Origin: Gnetum montanum
Taxonomy: Eukaryota > Plantae > Gnetophyta
Assembly (NCBI GenBank): GCA_015680685.1
Contig: MNCI01001451.1
Span: forward strand, 424,723 to 488,722
DNA: 64,000 bases
Direction of reading: 5' to 3'
Part shown: positions 1 through 10,800 of the stretch, in pieces
How positions within the stretch are numbered: position 1 is the stretch's first letter
Layout of the letters: each line of letters begins with the position of its first letter
Translations under genes and position numbers: made by a program
The notes under the pieces: generated by a model
Databases searched by the model: none
What the model was told of the DNA's origin: nothing
What the model saw: the letters and a program-made list of their open reading frames with translations, nothing else

Positions 1-658
1 GTTGATCTTTCATCACAATATGTGTTCATTCGAATCTTGGGTTACATGCCTCATAATCAAAGTGTTGTTTTACAATTAAATGATGCAATGAAGAAACATG
101 ACATTTAAGTTCTTCATGCTAGGTATTATTCTTGTTTTTTTTGCTTATTGAGTTAGGCAATGCTGCAATGGTGCAACATGCCTTAGATATAGGGTCTTTT
201 ATTTATAAGCATACAATGTTGATCATTTGTAAATGGGCTCTAGTTTTTGATGTCCAATCTGAAGAATATTCTAAAGCTCCATGTTTTGTTGAGTTATATA
301 ATCTTCTGTTGATTTTTCAAAAAAGCTAAGTAAGAAATTGTTAGTTTTCTTGGTCACACTAAGCATATGAAGTCTATTTCTATAACTTTTGGGTTTCATA
401 GATGTTTTTTTTATTAAAATCAATTTTCTCAATCATAAAAAAGAATTAGTATTATAAGTAGGAGGAAATACCTATATTCAACCAATTACATATTCTAATC
501 TTGCTAATTCTTGCAACTTTTGACATCATAAAGGACATTTGTGTAATGCTTGTCATTTTTGCTCAAGAAAAAGGTTTCTAAAGAAAAGAAAAAATATGTT
601 TGAAGATAGCAAAAAATAATATAAAGTTGAAGATATGAAAAATCAAGTTAATGTCAAT
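1..658 (+). pseudogene. Remnant ORF1 of an older LINE (DUF4283-like region plus CX2CX4HX4C zinc knuckle), split by the LINE at 673-5880; it probably continues at ~5895-6150
   Basis: ORF 132-329 'MLIICKWALVFDVQSEEYSKAPCFVELYNL' fits the plant LINE ORF1 pattern W.P.F....PVWV.L..LP. Positions 512-553 translate as C-N-F-*-H-H-K-G-H-L-C-N-A-C. Confidence 0.7.
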
Positions 659-700
659 GATAAGAAAGATCAGGCCACGATTTGGCAGTGAGAGATTTGC

Positions 701-973
701 TTGTTAAAGGCTCTTCCCATCGGGTTGGGGAGATTCCTTCTCTTGGGAGTTGGGTCACTACTCTTAAGGGTTCTTCCACTCCCATTGGAGCCGGTTAAGA
801 GGAAAATCCTCAAGGATAATAATGATAGCTTTAAGGTTTGCCTAGAAGCAAGGAAGGCTAGTAGGCCGAGCTTACAAGATCTCCATATTAAGGAAACGAA
901 GTAAGAGCTGGATTTAGGTATTCAAGGGACCCTCTAGGGAGTCTACAAAAAATGGTCTATTAGTAGACTATGA
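701..973 (+). pseudogene. LINE ORF1 C-terminal remnant
   Basis: The 701 frame reads through decay stops '...SRPSLQDLHIKETK*ELDLGIQGTL*GVYKKWSISRL*' and ends at TGA 971-973, overlapping the ORF2 ATG (ATGA). Confidence 0.6.
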
Positions 974-3900
974 AGATTCTCTCTTGGAATTGCAAGGGGT
1001 AGGGTACTCCCTATAAAAGAAATACCCTGAGGGATTTAGTTAGGTGGCAAGGTTGTGAGATTGTCTATTTGTAAGAGACCAAACTTCAAGCAATTTAGAG
1101 AGACCTCTTGCAGTGGCCAGGGTGGGTACTACTTTTTGTCGATTGTAGGGGATGGTTGGGTGGACTTGTGACTTTCTCCAGGGTCTCGATAGATTCTCTT
1201 GTGTAGCTCGAATTGCAGCATCACCACTTATCTTCTAGTTCAAGGCATTTGGCTCACAAATCTCTATGGTCCTCAATGTTGGACTGATCGTATCCATGAG
1301 TTATTTCAAATTACTGCTAAGATCCCTAACCATAATGCATGGATCTTGATTGGTGGCTTTAATTAGAGATTGTATGATTGGGAGAAACTAGGATGGGAAT
1401 GCATAGAGCCTTTGGGAAGCCAAGAATTTTTTAAAGTTTCTCCATTATTTTGGTTTAGTTGATTCAAAAATACAAGAGTACTAATTTCCATGGAGCAATA
1501 GGGGGAAAGGATTAGACTGGGTTCTATCTAGAATCAACTGGGTTTGGGTTAGCTTAGTGTTGGTTCTTAGCAAATGCATCTTAGTCATAGCTCAGGAGCA
1601 ATGGACCTCTGATCATAGTGTTATTATGTTCTTTTTAGGACATGGTTTGCATTGCTCCCCCACACTTTTGCTTTGAGAGAACTTGGCTTAGAAAGAGATG
1701 TTTGTGGAAGTTGGTGGAGGATATATGGATCTCTTATCCCAATCAGGAGGATCCTCAAGACTTCTTAAAACAAGGCCTACAATTGCTTAAGCAAGGGATT
1801 AGGAAGTTTGCTAAGGTAGATAAATACTCTTTTAAGGTTTTTAAAGAAGAATTGCAAAAGAAATTGCAATATGTGTAGGAGCAACAAGAAAAGGGTGAAG
1901 CTTTGGAGTAAGAGGAACATGACAATTTGGCATAGCTTCAGTAGCTTATGATAGAGGAGGCCTATTGGAAAGAAAGATCACACACTAAATGGTTGAAGGA
2001 AGTTGATTGGAACACAAGATTTTTCTTCATTGCTAACTCAGCCAAAGAGTCCAAGGCAATGCATTTTGTTAAAGGGACTTAGTTGTCCATGATCTTGAGA
2101 AAATTGCATAGGTAATATAGAACTTCTAGAAAGGAATCTACGGAAGGGGGGACTCTAGTGCTATCACAATCCCCATTCAATGGGTACTTGATTGTGAGGA
2201 TGATTATAGGCTTCTTGCCCTCTTGATGAAGCAAGAACTCTTAGATGCTATTCAGTCCATGAAAATTGGTAGGGCCCCAAGGCCTAATGGCTGGCCAATT
2301 GAATTATTTAGAGAATTTTTTGTCATCATGGGAAACAACATCCTTGACTCTTTCAATCTTGTGCTTAGATTGGAACAAATTAGGAAAGAGATTAGTTGTT
2401 CTAGAATTGTACTGGTGCCAAAGATTAGGAACCCCTCTTGACTTGTTGATTTCAGACCAATCAGGATCTGTAACATGTTGCTTCGATTGTTCACAAAGAT
2501 CCTTGTTAGAAGTGTGCAACTTTTAATGCCATCTCTTGTGGGGGTTCAGTAGGCAAGGTTCATCAAGGGCAGGTACTTTCAAGATCAAATCCTTCTATTT
2601 CATGAGATCATGCATTCTATCAATAGGGCAATATTCCTAGGTGTGTTCCTTAAATTTGATATAGCCTTGGCATATGATACTGTTAGCTGGAAATCTCTTG
2701 TTGAGATAATGTTGAGGAAGGGGTTTCACCCTAGATTTGTTGAATGTGTATCCACCTCCAAGTTATAGGTACCTTCTCGTTTTGGGAGGCTTTGGGGGTT
2801 TTCCTCCCCTAAATGGGGTCTATGCCAAGGGGATCCATTGTCACCTTATCTCTTTATAATTGCTATGAATACCATGAATCCTTATTGCAGGTTTCAAGGG
2901 GTTTGAGGCTGGAGATTGAAGGTTTTATCTGCATTGCAAGTCATTACATGGATGGCACAATCCTAGCACTGAAAGAAACAATGCCTCAAGCAAAGGTCAT
3001 TACAAGGTCTCTTGGCTACATGTTCTAGGAAATGGGCTTGGTTGTCAATTCGGACAAATTAGTGGTCCACTTTATTAAGATTGATAATGTGATGAAGGAA
3101 AGAATCAATAGAACCCTATGGATTTGGCAAGGAACTTAGACGGACTCTTATCTAGGGATACCAATTTATACTTGGGGTTGTAATGGGACTTGGTCTCATT
3201 TCATCTAGAGAGTACAAACTAGGCTTGAGTAGTGGATATCTAAATTCTTAACAAGTAAGGGGAAAATCTTGCTGGCCTCTTCAGTCCTCTTTGCTGTGGC
3301 GAGGTACATTGCATTGGTTGCTTCCCACCTAATTAAGTTATCAACAAGTTAACCAAATTATCAGGTATTTTATTTGGTCAGGTGGGAAAGGAGGTACTAA
3401 ACTACATTTAGTTTGTTGGAAGAAAGTAGCTAGGCCAAAGCCTATTGAGGGCCTTGGAGTGTTAAGCATTGAAGATTCAATCATGCTTGGGCATCATGGT
3501 CTCATTAAAAGGATTTCTAACAATAACCTTGATGAAGCACCATGGATTTCAATACTAAAAAGGAAGTACCAACCATGTTGCATCCAGTAATAATTCTAAT
3601 CTTTGGTTAAACATTTGCTTGCAATTTCGTACCTTGAGTCAACTCATTTGTGAGCCAACTGCAAGCCCAAAGGATGTCATGCAAGACAACTACAGATCCA
3701 TTCCTAGGTGGCAGAATATTTGGAAGGGCAAATTGTAGGAGAAAGTAAATATGTTTAGTTAGCTCATATTTCAAAGAGTGCTCCTAGTTTGGAAATTTTT
3801 CCATGAATGAAGCTTTTTTATTAATACAACCTGCCCTTTCTATTAGACGGATTGTGAGACCCATCAACATTTCACATTGCTCTGCCATTTTGTTGTCCAC

Positions 3901-4080
3901 ATCTAGCAGGTTGCTAGTATTATTTCCCCTCATCCGCTCCATGGACACTCACCTATAGGTGCTATTCTTTGGCTTTTGTTGAGAGCAAGGAACAAATACA
4001 TCTTTTGGAGTGCCTCCTTTTCCTCGCCATCACAAATTGTTGCGAGTGGTATTTGCTTTGGAGAGAGGCTTTTGTTGTAA
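970..4080 (+). pseudogene. LINE ORF2 (APE endonuclease, reverse transcriptase, zf-RVT), degenerate
   Basis: Motifs in order: MKILSWNCKG (970), ETK, GGFN, SDH (~1608), RAPRPNG, IVLVPK, DFRPI, YMDG (YADD position, ~2946), YLGIP, FIWSG, CPF...ETHQHF...C, and ILWLLLRARNKYIF. The frame ends at TAA 4078-4080. Confidence 0.93.
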
Positions 4081-5550
4081 TGGGAGTGACACTGACTTTT
4101 GAACTAGACTATGAAGTCTTCCAATAGAATCATGCTCTCTTGGAAATGGTGAGCCATGTGGGTTGGATGTAGTTCTTTTCCCTCATGATGAGGGATCCTG
4201 ACTTGGAGGATGAGGTGTCTTTTGAACATTGGAGAGGGGACCAAATGCACTTTAGGGGTGTTTAGATTATCCTCATTGAGGAGGTAATTGCTTCTTACTT
4301 GGGGCTTCTAATGGATGGAGAAATTGTGCTTTCCACAAAAAGGGGGCTGTAAGATGTGGAGGATTTCTTTAATGGGCTGGTCCTAGAAACCTCTAGTGGG
4401 CAGGTTTCCAAATCAGCATTGTTGGCCATCTAGTAGGAGGTGTTTGAGTTACTGGATAGGTTTGTTGTTCAATCTAGCAATGTTTGGAAGCTCCAATGAG
4501 TCCACCTTGCCTTCTAGTGATGCCTACAATTAGGCTGGTAGGTTAACCTACCAAAATTCTTCCTTCTGATGCTCAAAAGGTGCAAGAGAGGACACCACTT
4601 GGGGCACATTCTAGCCCTTCTAGTCTATAGCGAAGCTGGTGGGGGGCTTTGTTGTGGAGTAGCCTTGGCATTGTTTTGGGGTTGTTTACTTGTGCAGGAG
4701 TTATCTCCAGGAGGGGGCATCTTCCTTGGCTACTCTAGCGTGGTTAGGGCTGTGTTGGAGTGGATGAGGTTGAGCTGACTTCATTGGATAGTATGTCAGA
4801 CCTCTTCTAGGAGTCAATGATTGGGCAGCAAGACCTCTTCTAGGAGTTGATGATTGGGCAACAAGACCTCTTCTTGTAGTGTCTAAAGGAAAAAACGGTT
4901 GATATTTGCAAGGAGTTAGAGGCCAAATTTACTTCTGATTTGAGCAAGGCCATGGCTAAGGTTGAAACTTGTGTTTAGATTGAGGAGTAGGCCAAAAGAG
5001 AACTATAAGAGAATGAACGAAAAAGGGAGGAGGAGCTGCATCATCACAAGTAGGAAGAGGATAATCGCCAAAGAATGTTTCGGGAGACTATGCTCTAGAG
5101 CATGTTGGAGGACTAGCTCATACAATAAATTAGGGAAGACCTATGTAGGGAGGTTGAAGAGCAATATTTCATGGAGGCACAAGAGGAGGCCTAGAGGGTC
5201 AATGACTTCTTGGAGGAGGAACAGATGTGAAAGAGTTAGGATGTGCACATGAATCTGATGCCAAGCGCTGGTTCTAGACAAGGAGATGTCCATATGTGGT
5301 TATGGAGGTTAACAATAATGTGTCCTAGGTTGGGCTATGCAAATTTATTAGGAGTACATCTAGTGGCCTTCACCTTGACAAGGCAAGGCACATAAATAGG
5401 AAGGCACAGGCCTAGCGGGAGGAGAGATACAAGGAATTTTAGGAGGTTATGGTGTTTGTCAAATTGGAACCCTATCAAAATATTCTAGATGTTGTCCATA
5501 TGCAAGATATGCCATAGTGCACTTGCGCCAAATTCCCATATCCTATTTAA
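4080..5550 (+). pseudogene. Putative LINE ORF3: plant-transposon 'env-like'/Transposase_32/PMD-like domain followed by a coiled coil, degenerate
   Basis: ATG 4080 overlaps the ORF2 stop (TAATG). One frame from 4080 to 4778 reads MGVTLTFELD...EMVSHVGWM*FF...SFEHWRGDQMHFRGV*IILIEEVIASYLGLLMDGE...LGW*VNLPKFFLLML...HHLGHILALLV. After a frameshift an E/K/R/Q-rich helix follows (~4760-5240). The 3' end is approximate. Confidence 0.7.
4797..4873 (+). repeat. 33-bp in-frame tandem duplication inside LINE ORF3
   Basis: GACCTCTTCTAGGAGT(C/T)(A/G)ATGATTGGGCA(G/A)CAA occurs twice plus a partial third copy. Confidence 0.85.
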
Positions 5551-6572
5551 TGGTTTTGTGCTATTGCTTCTGCCATGGTTTTCGTATTAGATTCTTGAGG
5601 TTTTTGGATTTTGTCTTCGACAATGCTAATCATTCAGCTATGATGCATCCACTAGGTTCCACTTTCTTTTGTATTTGTTTTCTACCCAAGGATGTAGCTA
5701 GGAGATCTTCCAACCACATTTTTTGTAACTAGAGGTAGGGTGGGTTTCCCACCTCCCTTACCTCTATGTCCCATTTGTTGGTAGGTATCTCTTCCTTCCA
5801 ATGGGGGTTTCCTCCCCACTGATTTGTACAAATTTTTGGGTTGTAATATAATCCTTAACCTTTTTTCAGAAGAAAAAAAGGATAAGAATGATCAAATGGC
5901 AATAAAGAATCCAGATAAGACAGGAGCTCCTATGTATATTTTTATTACTAGAGAAAGCAGTTCAGAAAAATAACTTGTAAGGCAAATTTTTCCTTATCTA
6001 ACAAGAATATTATTAATTCAAAGATTAAAAGTAGTGTCAACAAGAAAGTTATAGTTGATGACAAAATTCTTGACATAAGATTAATAACAAGCGATGAGGT
6101 GAAGATCTTCAACAAGTGCTACCACTTTCTTGCTTTCGAACAAATATTGGTATTAACTACAGCTCTCTATCTTGGATCCTTTTGCTATTTTAAGTTCAAG
6201 CATAGATATTGAAAAGTGATGTAAATTTTGTTAGGATTAAGTCCTTCATCCCTTCTAATAATTGATGTTTTGCACTTATTTTTTTCAAAGTATTAATTGT
6301 AAGATTTTACACCTGAGTGAGCAGTCCTAAAATTAAACAGTTTTTTCTTTCAATATTTTTTGGATGATGTTTACTTAATGTCAAGGTTGTGATGTACTCT
6401 AAATTCTCTTTGCTCATTATTCATATTTTTTTGGGTTCAGGCACCACCCCGTATTATCTATAAAAGCTAACAAGGAATTATTCTTCCCTGATTATTTTGC
6501 ATGACATTTCTTTTAAATTTTGCAGCATTGTATTTCATATATTTACTTATGTTTTTTTTCTTTTTTCTCCAG

Positions 6573-7100
6573 ATTGATTAGTGTGATTGAAGCGTTGAAA
6601 GGAAATAAAAATTTTTGGAGACTCAGCATTGGTCAGTATCAATGTTGCGACAGTTTCAGAATTTTAGGTTTTTACTATAGCCATAAGTTATTTCACATTT
6701 TCTAAATCGCACACATCATAATTTTTTTTCCAGGGATAGGAAATCCCCCTGGAACTATGGATCCAAAAGCTTATGTGCTTCAATGTTTCACTGATGCTGA
6801 ACGGAAAAAGGTGTATTCTGTTGCATGCATTATGGAATTTTCACAAATTTTTGTATCAAACAAAATAGTGATTGCAATTTTCGTGTAGACACTTTCTCCT
6901 GCAGTCAGCTAATCGGTTTTTGTTGGCAGCAGGTTGATACGTCCCTAGAGGAAGGTGCGGACGCAGTGAAGATGGTATTGTCAGAGGGCTTTTCTGAAAA
7001 TGTCGAACTATTCAATAGGAGGCAAAAGTACAGTTATTTTAAAATTGAAGAAAATCTGCACAAGGCCAAGAAATTTGAAAATGTGATTATGGAAATTTGA
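6573..7100 (+). CDS. CRS2: Last three coding exons (6573-6631, 6734-6810, 6933-7100) of a peptidyl-tRNA hydrolase / chloroplast group II intron splicing factor CRS2-family gene; 5' exons presumably lie upstream of the window
   Basis: GT-AG introns with consistent phases give (G)LISVIEALKGNKNFWRLSIG-IGNPPGTMDPKAYVLQCFTDAERKK-VDTSLEEGADAVKMVLSEGFSENVELFNRRQKY..., matching the plant PTH/CRS2 C-terminus (RLSIGIGNPPG.MD...QKY). There are no internal stops. CRS2 versus organellar PTH paralogue cannot be settled by eye. Confidence 0.85.
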
Positions 7101-7199
7101 TAACATTTTATTGTTATTTATTCAAAATTTCAGCATTTTCAGAAGACATTTCATGCATGGTATCATATTAAAGGTGATATATATTGTTCATCTACAACC

Positions 7200-7355
7200 A
7201 TTGCCTACCAGGCTCGAACCCATGACTTGGAGCTTTCACATCAAGAGCCTTACCACTAGGCTAACACATCATTAGACATATAGCCAAATTAGAACTTTAC
7301 AAAATCCATAACTTACGAGCTTTCAAATCCATAGTCATACCACTAGGCTGACACC
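7200..7355 (-). mobile_element. Two tandem tRNA-like (SINE-head) units
   Basis: The minus strand reads TAGCCTAGTGGTAAGGCT...GGGTTCGAGCC (Pol III A and B boxes). A second A-box unit, CAGCCTAGTGGTA, lies at ~7338-7350. Confidence 0.5.
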
Positions 7356-7544
7356 TCAATGTTAGTAGCTTATTTCTTAAAGTTTACGATCCCCATAGAG
7401 TCTATTGTCAAAGGTGTGATTTTATTAGAATTTCTTGTGAATTACATGTATATTGTACATTTTATAAAAGAAATTGTTGATAATGATTTTGTATGATCCA
7501 TCTTAATTGTATCATGTCATTATATTAGCATTGAGTAATAATGA

Positions 7545-7651
7545 GGCTTAGTGGTAAGACTCTTGATTTGGAAATTTCAGGTTATGGGTTTGATTGCTAT
7601 AGATATTATCGAGTTGTAAAGTTATAAAATTCTGTATCGGCTATATGTCCT
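7545..7651 (+). mobile_element. tRNA-like (SINE-head) unit, inverted relative to 7200-7355
   Basis: GCTTAGTGGTAAGACTCTTGAT...GGGTTTGAT...TGTAAAGTT...GGCTATATGTC shares its blocks with the minus-strand units. Confidence 0.45.
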
Positions 7652-7868
7652 AGGAGTACATATAGTCATCTAGTTTCGATTTCAACACACACACATCCCT
7701 CCCTCACTTCTATTACTTTTAGTAAACACAATTAACATATTCGATCTTCAAACTACCTATTATTTTATCTTTTAGTTTCAACTCATAGGTGGTGCAATCT
7801 CATTTTTACTTTGCTAATTATTGCTCTCATGGTTATTGGAATTGCTGCATGTAGATATTCTACTTCAT

Positions 7869-10800
7869 TGATAAAGTTAATTTCTGTTGTGATATGATAT
7901 TGTAGCAATGATGTCGTGGTACATGTTACGTCATTGTTGATACGATGTTTGTGGATGCATGCAACCCTATAAATATGAACACTTGGGTGCACAATCCATA
8001 GCTTTTCATTCCATCCTTAGTTAGATTTTTGTAGGTTGTTTTTGTAGCCTTAGCAATAGAGTAAATGCTCGTAGTGTGATGTTTGGTAGTTGTTTCGGTG
8101 TCTTTATTCGAGTGAATTGTACTTGGACGTAGTTCATGATGGCAATAATGATTGAGATTGTTTTCTATCATTGTAGCATTCCTTTAGTTTTATTTGTTTA
8201 CTTAGCATAATCTTCACTGTTTTCTTTGTTAATCATTTACACTCCAAGTACTCTATTTTACATGTCACTAGCAAGTAATATGAATACAATTGATTTTGAG
8301 TGCCAAGTGTAGTTATTTGGTAACCTAATAGTGACTTTGCTTGGTTTGCTCAATAGTAATTCCACTTGAATCCCAGCGTTAGCTACACAAGTTTAAGGTG
8401 TGAACGGTAGACTAGGATCGGATGTCCACTGCACTAGGCTAAGATAGGTTTATGTTTTCTTAGTTAACTAGACTTTTATCTTCAACTATGTTTACTTTAG
8501 AAGCACTTAAGAGTCTAACAACATTATCTAATCATACACCTCACTAAGAGCTAAACCATACACTTGCTTTTCACTAGCTCAAAGTGGAAAGATAACGATC
8601 TTGAACTTAACATCAATTACTAACATAATAACATTGTTTATCTGTGAATTACAATATGGTTATGCATTGGCACTTGTGATTTGTATGGTAGAGTGTTGGG
8701 ATGTTCTATTGTTCATCATTGGTGCCATTGTTGTGGATGTGTGAATGTGTGCTAAGTAATTGATTTTACAAAGTTCGTTGTATCAAAAATTGAAGAGTTA
8801 ATTTTCATAATTTTCAAATAATTCTAATAACACACACTTAACCAAGTGTCACACTTATAACATGGTTTCAACTAAGGAAAAACTATCACCTGCCAAAGAG
8901 ATGCAAAGGAGCAATGACAAAACAAATGACAATGAAGAGTGGAGTATGCCTATCATATGCTCACAATGATCTTTACCACTCTGATTTCACATTCATCTTT
9001 CACCAAGATGGGTAGTTGAGGTGGAGAGGTATACATGGCAACATTGTTTTGCCTCTAGAGCATTCAACATCCACCATGCTTCAAATAGCCTTAAGGGGAA
9101 TGAATCTAAGCCATGTGTAAAAAGGGTACCATGTGACCAAACACATGATGAGACCCTACCAACCCATAGAGGCACAAGTGCAGAGAGATGCTACTATAGA
9201 AATCAAACATTCGCATAACAAAGGAAAGCAAGGTAACTCTCTTGTTGTTCTGGAAGAACTTGATGGCAATGCATTTGTAGCAAAGAAGCTTCACCAAGAT
9301 CATGAAGTCCATTCCCAAATGCCTATTATTTGTTTAGAAGAACCTATCAAAGTGCAACTACATTTAGCCTTAGTAGAGACACCAAGAAGAGAAGCAACAA
9401 ATTCTAAGTACAAGTAGGACTCTAGGCTAAGAGCTTCTACTGAATCGCAAAGAAAAGAATACCAGAGTCATAAAAGGAGAACTACCCGACATTGTTCTCC
9501 CACTACTTCATCTTCATTCTCACGATCGTTGGTGGACTTTGATCAAAGGAAACAAAGGTACAGAGATCATGATAGGGAAAGATGTCAGATCCATGATCGA
9601 CATGACTATCACCCACGACATTTTGATGAGAAAGAGAAAGAACATGAACCACAAAGAAACAAGGATAGACATGAAGAGAGAGAGAGAGAGGTATGAGTAT
9701 CAAAGGAGGCACCACTACAACCAAGCATACGAACCCTATGATCATGATGAATCCTTGTTGGCTACTCGCAGCATGATAAACATAAAAAGAAGCTGTCTAC
9801 ATTCTAGCAAGGCACATAAGGGACAATTGCATTAAGTGGCTAGACATGAACAACATGTCTAGATTCAAGGATGAATACAATGTAGATCCACAAAACCACC
9901 TTCAAGATTCTATGATGCTTGTGCCTTGCAAAATATAGAGTGACTGGTAGAAATTAAAGTTGTTCCCAAGGACACTCATCAAAGAGGTAGAAAGCTAGTA
10001 CAAATCGTTGGAACCTGAATCAATCAGAAGATGGAGTACCATGCTTGAACTTTTCAATGATAAATACCAAACCTACTCCTGTGTGTTTAATCTTAGGAAG
10101 TAGATTCAGGGTTGGAAGCAAGGGAATCCACAAATCCCTTAATGTGGCAATGGGCAGATACTATTTGCTTCTGCATAGGTGCACATGCCATAGATTTTTC
10201 CAAAGGGAGCACCTTAGGCACATTGTCGATGGGCTAAGAAATAAAACTAGGGAAATCCTTGGGGTTTATGCCCAAGGTAGACAATTTGAAATGACTATCC
10301 ATCGAATTCAAAGATTCGTTGACTGAGTGGCAAAGGAAGAGGAAGAATTGAAGAAGAGAGAATTAATCGAAGAGTATAATAAAGATTCATCTATTCAGAA
10401 GAGAGACGTACGAGTATGTGATCAACATGTAGAAGAAACCTTGGAAGAGGCGATACAGAAAAAGACACTACCTATTCAAAAATCTGTTGTAGCTATGGCA
10501 ATCAAGGTAGAAAAGATGTGGTATTTGATGGATAACAAATTCGCTATAGCTTCAAAAATTGAGGAAAAAATAACTGAGCAAGCCTTCAGCAAAGGCAAGG
10601 AGAAAAAGAAAAAGAGATTACATATGGAAAGGAAAAGTGACTTTAGTGGCAAAATGCTTTGATTCAAGCTTAGATGATGAGGAAGGGTGTACTATATGCC
10701 AGTATGAACATCCTAAGGGGTGTTCTCTTGTGATGGCATATTTGCAAGAAACAAGGGCATATGCACTTAACCCAAGATTTATCAAGAAGAAAATGTTCAA

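Larger units (their letters stand above)
673..5880 (+). mobile_element. 5'-truncated L1-clade LINE with A-rich tail and 14-bp TSD
   Basis: TSD GATAAGAAAGATCA (659-672) vs GATAAGAATGATCA (5881-5894). A-rich tail at ~5868-5879. Endonuclease, RT and zf-RVT motifs lie inside. Confidence 0.92.

Noticed and set aside
4080-4800. RNase H domain after the LINE RT
   Set aside because: No DG(A/S)...E...D catalytic pattern was seen, and ORF2 stops at 4080 in a different frame.
6441-6474. Extra CRS2 exon after the acceptor-like TTTTTTGGGTTCAG
   Set aside because: No GT donor follows at a suitable position and no PTH-like sequence appears in any frame.
7200-7270. Functional tRNA gene
   Set aside because: A and B boxes are present, but the acceptor and anticodon stems do not pair convincingly; treated as SINE-like.
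9503-9745. Hydrophobic, membrane-protein-like short ORFs (also 42610-42990, 54269-54460, 59656-59847)
   Set aside because: They are antisense shadows of charged gag regions or T-rich LTR sequence.
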